From contig JBDRQT010000041.1 of the NCBI GenBank assembly GCA_043826135.1, positions 5,234-69,233 on the forward strand: a DNA stretch of 64,000 bases, in the 5' to 3' direction. The DNA is from an archaeon. GTDB taxonomy: Archaea > Nanobdellota > Nanobdellia > Woesearchaeales > GW2011-AR15. The translations under genes were made by a program, and so were the position numbers. The notes under the pieces are model-generated. The model ran no database searches and was not told the origin of the DNA. It was given only the letters and a program-made list of their open reading frames with translations. Shown here in pieces: positions 57,973 to 64,000 of this stretch; positions within the stretch are counted from its first letter, which is position 1; each line of letters begins with the position of its first letter.

Positions 57973-59280
57973 TTGGAAAAAGAAGAGCTGGAAAAAGAGA
58001 TTCTGGAAAAGATTGATGCTTATTACGAGCTGGTTCATAAAAACAAGGTGTTTATCCCTGGAAAAACCAAGCTTAATTATTCCGGAAGATATTATGATGC
58101 TAGTGAGATGAAGGCGATGGCAAAATCTTTGCTTGAATTCACCTTGACCTATGGAAAGAATGGAGTCATGTTCGAGAAAGAATTCGCAAAAACTGTCTGT
58201 ACAAAATACGCAATGCTCACAAATTCAGGCTCATCTGCAAATCTTCTTGCTGTTTCAGCGTTAAAATCATACAAGCTCAAAAACAAGCTTGAAAATGGTG
58301 ATGAAGTAATAACTCCGTTATGTACATTTCCAACAACCCTAAACCCAATAATCCAAAATAACCTTGTGCCTGTGTTTATTGATGTAGAGATTGGAACATA
58401 TAATATGGATCTGTCCCTGCTTGACAAAGCACTTTCTAAAAAGACAAAGGCACTTATGATACCGCACACATTGGGGAATCCTAATGACATGGATATCCTA
58501 TGCAAATTTGCAAAAGATAATGATTTGTTTCTGATTGAGGATTCCTGCGATGCCCTTGATTCAGAATATGATGGAGGAAAGATGGGCTCTTTTGGCGATT
58601 TGTCTACTTTCAGCTTTTTTCCACCACATCATATCACAATGGGTGAAGGCGGATGCGTTGTCACAAACAGCCCTATGCTAAAGACAATCATCTGCTCTAT
58701 AAGAGATTGGGGTAGAGCATGCTGGTGCGAGCCAGATAATAGCAATACCTGCGGAAGAAGGTTCATGTTTGAAGTTGATGGAGTCAAATATGACCATAAG
58801 TACATGTACGATCATATCGGCTATAACTTGAAGCCTCTGGACATGCAGGCAGCGATGGGACTCGAGCAGCTTAAGAAACTCCAGATGTTTACAAATATGA
58901 GAAAAGCAAACTTCAAAAGATTTTATAATTTTATCAAAAAATATGAAAAATGGTTTGTCCTTCCAAAATCCATTGAAAAGGCCGATCCATCATGGTTCGC
59001 TTTTGTACTCACAGTAAAGGAGAATGCTCCATTTACAAAACAGGAGATTGTTGGTTTCCTTGAATCAAGGATGATTGAGACAAGACCCTTATTTTCAGGC
59101 AACATTCTCTCGCAGCCTGCATACAAGAATATTAAATTTGATCATAGGATAGTTGGAGAAACAAAAAATTCAGACAAGATACTGAGAAGTACATTTTTTG
59201 TCGGCGTTGCTCCGATTGTAGATGAAAGAAGGATGGACTTCATGATCGAATCATTTGAAGAATACTTGAAAAAATATTAA
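57973..59280 (+). CDS. rfbH: CDP-4-keto-6-deoxyglucose 3-dehydrase (E1, PMP/Fe-S)
   Basis: NSGSSANL, HTLGNP, SFFPPHHITMGEGG (His replaces the PLP Lys), RDWGR.CWC....NTCG.RF, YDHKY. Confidence 0.92.
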   Translation: MEKEELEKEILEKIDAYYELVHKNKVFIPGKTKLNYSGRYYDASEMKAMAKSLLEFTLTYGKNGVMFEKEFAKTVCTKYAMLTNSGSSANLLAVSALKSYKLKNKLENGDEVITPLCTFPTTLNPIIQNNLVPVFIDVEIGTYNMDLSLLDKALSKKTKALMIPHTLGNPNDMDILCKFAKDNDLFLIEDSCDALDSEYDGGKMGSFGDLSTFSFFPPHHITMGEGGCVVTNSPMLKTIICSIRDWGRACWCEPDNSNTCGRRFMFEVDGVKYDHKYMYDHIGYNLKPLDMQAAMGLEQLKKLQMFTNMRKANFKRFYNFIKKYEKWFVLPKSIEKADPSWFAFVLTVKENAPFTKQEIVGFLESRMIETRPLFSGNILSQPAYKNIKFDHRIVGETKNSDKILRSTFFVGVAPIVDERRMDFMIESFEEYLKKY

Positions 59281-60266
59281 ATTGTTTCTAGCACTTTTTT
59301 TATCCTGTGCATAAAAGTATGCTCACTAACCACTCTTCTATACCCAGCTTCTGAAATCCTATTCCTTTCATCTTCATTTCTCAAATAATATTCTGTCTTT
59401 TCCTTTAGCTCATTGATATCATTATAGCAAGCAATTTCCTTATCTATCCTAAAAAGATTCTGCATCTCCTTAAAATTATCACATAATTCAAAGCTCTTTG
59501 TAGCAGGAATCTCAAAGGTCCTTAAGTTAACGCTTTCCCTTGAATGCAGAGAATGTATATTAAGGTTAATCTTTGAGGAATTTAGAGTTTTGCAGTATTC
59601 TTTAAGGTCATCTGAGTTCCTGTCAAATCTCATAAGCTTGTCCTGCACCTTTGAGTAGATTAGGGAATTCCGATTTATCTCCTTCCATCTGTAGCCCCAA
59701 ATCTTTAGGTTTGTCTTGTTCAAGTTTCCGAGTATTTCCTCTCTCTTTTTTTCATGAGATCCGATGAAAGAGATATCAGAACTGTATTCTTGCCTGCTTA
59801 GGGGGATTTCTTCTTTATACAGATCCGTATCAACTGCGCATGGAAGATAATGCGCATTATGCTGGCCAGATTCTTTTAGTTTTGGAACATAGTATGGGTC
59901 AAAGACAAAGAAATGATCATATTCACTCCTATTCCTAATATTATTCAGCTGGCTGAATTCTCCAAACGGGTCATCAAGGCACCAGTTTGCAGTCTTGATG
60001 CCGGCATCTGATATTTTTTGAATGACATGCTCTTCTATCGACTGCCCTTTGTCAACAAATACAAGATCAGGGTTTTCATGGAGTGCTTTTTTCAGAAATA
60101 TCTTGCTAAGCACTTTTTTTGTGATTCCTGTCTTATGCATGTACATATATCTGATATTGAAATTATCTGTCTTCCACCCATTGTTATGAAATGCTTTCTT
60201 TAGCCTATAGCCAAAGCTTGGTAATTTGCAGCTGTCTGGTGTCACCAGAAGAACTTTCTTGTCCAT
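59277..60266 (-). CDS. CgeB/YkvP-like glycosyltransferase
   Basis: W.LDDP, YLP.A, FIGS, KINLNIH, NLRTFEIPA, EHT..HR. Confidence 0.85.
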   Translation of the reverse strand: MDKKVLLVTPDSCKLPSFGYRLKKAFHNNGWKTDNFNIRYMYMHKTGITKKVLSKIFLKKALHENPDLVFVDKGQSIEEHVIQKISDAGIKTANWCLDDPFGEFSQLNNIRNRSEYDHFFVFDPYYVPKLKESGQHNAHYLPCAVDTDLYKEEIPLSRQEYSSDISFIGSHEKKREEILGNLNKTNLKIWGYRWKEINRNSLIYSKVQDKLMRFDRNSDDLKEYCKTLNSSKINLNIHSLHSRESVNLRTFEIPATKSFELCDNFKEMQNLFRIDKEIACYNDINELKEKTEYYLRNEDERNRISEAGYRRVVSEHTFMHRIKKVLETI

Positions 60267-60348
60267 ATAAGAAGCAAATCTTGCAGTGTTTTTAAAGTTT
60301 GAGAAACCTGCAGTTAACTTTATATAAACACAGCCATTTTTTTACATC

Positions 60349-61338
60349 ATGAAAACAGCATTAGTCACAGGTGTCACAGGTCAGGATGGAAGTTACCTTG
60401 CTGAATTTCTTCTAAAAAAAGGATATAAGGTCATTGGAATGATCCGAAGGACATCAACAATCAATTTTGAAAGGATTGAACATATTCAAGATAAGATTGA
60501 ACTTGTGCAAGGAGATCTCCTAGACCAGCTTTCTCTGATTGAAATCTTGAAAACATACAATCCGGAAGAAGTCTACAACCTTGCAGCACAATCTTTTGTT
60601 CCTACATCATGGACTCAGCCAGTACTTACAGGTGAATTCACGGCACTAGGAGTCACAAGGATGCTTGAAGCAATAAGGCTCGTTAATCCAAAAACAAAAT
60701 TCTACCAGGCTTCATCATCTGAAATGTTTGGCCAGGCAGAGGAGACGCCTCAGTCTGAAAAAACAAGGTTCCATCCTAGATCGCCATATGGTGTCTCAAA
60801 GGTCTATGGCCACTGGATAACTGTAAATTACAGAGAAAGCTATGGCATACCTGCTTTTAGCGGCATACTGTTCAATCATGAGTCTCCACGAAGAGGGATT
60901 GAATTTGTGACAAAGAAGATAACAGATGGTGTTGCAAAAATCAAGTTTGGCTTCTCAAATGAACTGCTCCTTGGCAATCTTGAAGCTAAGAGAGATTGGG
61001 GATATGCTGGAGATTTTGTGGAGGCAATGTGGCTCATGCTCCAACAAGAAAAGGGAGATGATTTTGTCATCGGAACAGGAGAGACCCATTCAGTCAGAGA
61101 ATTCTGTGAGATTGCTTTCAAAAGAGCTGGTCTTGATTACAAAGATTATGTAAAAGAAGACAAACGATTCTATAGACCTGCAGAAGTACACATCCTCCTT
61201 GCTGATGCTTCAAAGGCAAGAAAGATCCTCGGATGGTCTCCAAAAGTCAAGTTTGAAGAACTTGTAAGTATGATGGTCGACCATGATCTTGCAAGATATA
61301 AAATATTAAAAGAACAAGGATTTCGTCCTAGAAAATGA
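60349..61338 (+). CDS. gmd: GDP-mannose 4,6-dehydratase family
   Basis: [58 protein letters not shown]. Confidence 0.95.
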   Translation: MKTALVTGVTGQDGSYLAEFLLKKGYKVIGMIRRTSTINFERIEHIQDKIELVQGDLLDQLSLIEILKTYNPEEVYNLAAQSFVPTSWTQPVLTGEFTALGVTRMLEAIRLVNPKTKFYQASSSEMFGQAEETPQSEKTRFHPRSPYGVSKVYGHWITVNYRESYGIPAFSGILFNHESPRRGIEFVTKKITDGVAKIKFGFSNELLLGNLEAKRDWGYAGDFVEAMWLMLQQEKGDDFVIGTGETHSVREFCEIAFKRAGLDYKDYVKEDKRFYRPAEVHILLADASKARKILGWSPKVKFEELVSMMVDHDLARYKILKEQGFRPRK

Positions 61339-62237
61339 GAGCACTAGTCATTGGTGCTGATGGATTTGTTGGTCCTTATCTTATTTCTGAACTTCTCAAA
61401 TCAGGATATGACGTCATAGGAACTTATCTTAAGTCTAAGCCTGGCCTAAACATAACACTTAGAAAATTGGATATTCTAAATAAAATAGAGTTGACAAAGA
61501 CAATTAATGAATTAAATCCTGATGTAATTTTTAATCTGGCTGCGATCAGCAGCGTAAAGATGTCTTTTGATATGCCTGACATGACAATGCAGGTAAATTA
61601 TGAAGGCACAAAGAATATTTTGGATTTTGCAAAGAAATCAAAAATTATCTTGATTGGAAGCGCAGAAGAATATGGTAATCCATTAAGTATACCAATAAAA
61701 GAAGAACACCTACTAAACCCAAAAAATCCATATGGAAAATCCAAAAAAATTGCTGAAGAAGCAGGCATACAAACTTCAAAAGAAGGGGGAAAAGTCATAA
61801 TCCTAAGGAGCTTCAATCACATAGGTGCTGGCCAGACCACTGATTTTGCAGTTAGCTCATTTGCAAAGCAAATATCAGATATAGAGAAAGGAAAGTCTGA
61901 CTGCATAAAAGTCGGAAACTTAGATGCGATACGGGATTTTACTGATGTCAGAGATATTGCAATCGCTTATGTTTTAGCTTCTGAAAAATGCAAGTATGGT
62001 GTCCCCTACAATATTTGCTCTGGAAAAGGATATAGGATATCTGATTTGCTTGGTAAACTGTGCAAAATGAGCCTATCCAACATAAAGATAGAACAGGATC
62101 CCGACAGGATGAGGCCATCTGACATTCCTGTTTTTGTTGGTGATAATTCCAGATTCAGCAAATTGAGCGGATGGGAACCGAAAATTTCTATTGATGACAG
62201 CCTAAAAACTATCCTTGATTACTGGAGAGCTCGATGA
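61335..62237 (+). CDS. GDP-4-keto-6-deoxy-D-mannose reductase (Rmd)-like SDR
   Basis: [33 protein letters not shown]...[13 protein letters not shown]. Confidence 0.85.
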   Translation: MRALVIGADGFVGPYLISELLKSGYDVIGTYLKSKPGLNITLRKLDILNKIELTKTINELNPDVIFNLAAISSVKMSFDMPDMTMQVNYEGTKNILDFAKKSKIILIGSAEEYGNPLSIPIKEEHLLNPKNPYGKSKKIAEEAGIQTSKEGGKVIILRSFNHIGAGQTTDFAVSSFAKQISDIEKGKSDCIKVGNLDAIRDFTDVRDIAIAYVLASEKCKYGVPYNICSGKGYRISDLLGKLCKMSLSNIKIEQDPDRMRPSDIPVFVGDNSRFSKLSGWEPKISIDDSLKTILDYWRAR

Positions 62238-63285
62238 GATTATCTATCTGCTTTAAGATTTTCTTTTGAGAGAATTTCTTAGATTGCCTGATGCATACCT
62301 CTTTCATTGAGACTGATCTTTCTTTTGACATCCAGTTTAGTGCTTCAACTACCTGCTTTGTATTTTCTGGTTCATCCACCAGATATCCTGTTTTCTTATG
62401 CTGTATTGTCTCTCTAAAGCCACCGTCATTTGTCGCTATGCAAGGCTTTCCTGCTGCATTCCCCTCTATAGGAATAAGTCCGAAGTCTTCTTTATATGAA
62501 AGATAGATTGTTGCGATACACTTGCCATAAAGCTCTTTTAGTTTCTCTTCGCTAACATATCCAGAAAAAGAGATATTTGCGCATCCACTAGCCAGGCTAA
62601 CAAGGCTGTTTTTTTCCGGACCATCGCTCACTATCACAAGTTTCTTATCCGGTATTTTCTTGAATGCATTTATTATAAGATCAACTCTTTTTATCCTATC
62701 GAGCCTGGCTGCAGACAGATAGAAATCTCCGGTCTCGATATATCTGTATTTTGACACATCGACAAAAGGATATACAATATCTGAATCCCTGCTATAATAT
62801 TTTTTGACCCTTGCATGCGTATTTTTTGAAATAGAGATTATCCTTCCGATATTTTTCATATTTGACTGGTCTCTTTTTCTGAGATGATTTGTTATAATTT
62901 TGAATAGTTCTCTTTTTGGCCATTTCTGGTATTTCATCTCATTCTCATGGAGATCGTAAAGATATCTTGACGGAGCAGTGCAATACCAAATATTCGGCTT
63001 ATTATTTTTTGCCGCATTAAGGCTTCCTGAGCCGCACATCAGGTAGAAATCATAATCCAGTTTAAGCTTTGAGAACTCATACCACAGCTTCAGGGTCCTG
63101 ATGCTGCCCGGAAGCTTTGTGCTTACAAGGCTCGTGACTTTGACATCCTTAAACTCAGGAAAAGTTGATTCAAGCTTATATATCCCTGCATAAATGTCTG
63201 CATTGTAATGCTTGGCAATCTCAAGCATCATTCTTTCGACTCCGCCTCTGTTCATCAGGGCATCGACAAGAATTGCAATCCTCAT
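62209..63285 (-). CDS. Glycosyltransferase family 4
   Basis: GGVER, P.RYLYD, RL..IKR.D, EDFG.IP.E..A.GKP. Confidence 0.9.
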   Translation of the reverse strand: MRIAILVDALMNRGGVERMMLEIAKHYNADIYAGIYKLESTFPEFKDVKVTSLVSTKLPGSIRTLKLWYEFSKLKLDYDFYLMCGSGSLNAAKNNKPNIWYCTAPSRYLYDLHENEMKYQKWPKRELFKIITNHLRKRDQSNMKNIGRIISISKNTHARVKKYYSRDSDIVYPFVDVSKYRYIETGDFYLSAARLDRIKRVDLIINAFKKIPDKKLVIVSDGPEKNSLVSLASGCANISFSGYVSEEKLKELYGKCIATIYLSYKEDFGLIPIEGNAAGKPCIATNDGGFRETIQHKKTGYLVDEPENTKQVVEALNWMSKERSVSMKEVCIRQSKKFSQKKILKQIDNLIELSSNQG

Positions 63286-63339
63286 ACTACTTAGCAATTT
63301 GTATCTGTATATATAATTTAAGAAAAAAAAAATAGGATA

Positions 63340-64000
63340 TTACCAGCAAATCCCCTGGTAATTTGAAGGCTTTTTATCACCAAACAGGTTCTTGCCGTCA
63401 ATCACTAGCTTTTTCTTGTAATCAACATCCAAAAATTCGTTCCATTCTGTAAGTATCAAGATATATTCGCTTGCATCTGCGACTTCCTGAGCGCTTTCCA
63501 TGTAGTTGAGATGAGGAAAGATCTTCTTGACTTTTTCCATTGCCTGTGGATCATATATGAATAATTCTGCTTCTTCCATCAAGAGTTCTTTTATAGTATT
63601 TAGTGCCGGACTTTCTCTTATATCATCAGTCCCTGCCTTAAAAGTCAGACCTAGCAGCCCAACTTTTTTTCCTTTGATAGGGCCTGCTGCCTTATCAAGC
63701 TGTTCGATCAACTTAAGAGGCTGATCCCTGTTTATGTCCAAGACTGACCTTAGAAGCCTTGGATTATATCCAAGTTCTGTTGCCTTGTAGATTATGGCAT
63801 TTACATCTTTTGGAAAGCAGCTTCCGCCAAAGCCTATCCCTGATTTTAAGAAATGAGGGCTGATCCGATGATCTAGTCCTATACCCTTTGCAACGACATT
63901 TGTATCTACACCATATTTTTTGCAGATATTCCCAATCTCATTGATAAAAGATATCTTTGTTGCAAGAAATGAGTTTGATGCATACTTGATCATTTCTGCT
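63340..64000 (-). CDS. ugd: UDP-glucose 6-dehydrogenase, C-terminal part (runs off window end)
   Basis: AEMIKYASNSFLATKISFINE, GFGGSCFPKD, GLTFK..TDD.RESP, TEW. Confidence 0.93.
   Translation of the reverse strand, partial: AEMIKYASNSFLATKISFINEIGNICKKYGVDTNVVAKGIGLDHRISPHFLKSGIGFGGSCFPKDVNAIIYKATELGYNPRLLRSVLDINRDQPLKLIEQLDKAAGPIKGKKVGLLGLTFKAGTDDIRESPALNTIKELLMEEAELFIYDPQAMEKVKKIFPHLNYMESAQEVADASEYILILTEWNEFLDVDYKKKLVIDGKNLFGDKKPSNYQGICW

Noticed and set aside
1-64000. tRNA/rRNA genes, transposases, alternative genetic code, and the many short antisense ORFs in the track
   Set aside because: No cloverleaf, rRNA or transposase motifs seen by eye; conserved genes read through with the standard code; the short ORFs lie within well-supported genes.

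Overview
Gene-dense, AT-rich archaeal chromosome segment, most consistent with a DPANN archaeon of Woesearchaeota/Nanobdellota type. This is an inference from the archaeal L34e/L14e/uS2, pelota, RFC, NAC, RadB, TATA-box promoters and the style of the surface proteins. The first ~41 kb carries housekeeping genes (Hef helicase, EMC3/DUF106 insertase, ribosomal proteins, TrmB, ADP-forming acetate-CoA ligase, pelota, RFC, MinD, HerA, RadB), several surface-protein genes and an RNase P RNA gene. From 41 kb to the end is a ~23 kb surface-glycan locus covering UDP-xylose, a carbamoyltransferase with SxtJ/SxtK-like partners, GDP-heptose, dTDP-rhamnose, C-methyl sugar, CDP-3,6-dideoxyhexose and GDP-6-deoxy sugar. 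The most unusual observations are: (1) a 52-bp near-perfect direct repeat of the RNase P RNA 3' end that brackets a ~1 kb orphan-gene islet, resembling an att site with no integrase in view; (2) a tandem array of paralogous Cys-patterned, lipoprotein-like surface proteins behind a gene with a class III-like signal peptide; (3) a recurring ACT-N7-AGT promoter motif; (4) candidate structured leaders for uS2, L14e and minD. No tRNA, rRNA, CRISPR array or transposase was seen. All calls come from reading motifs by eye; no database searches were run.
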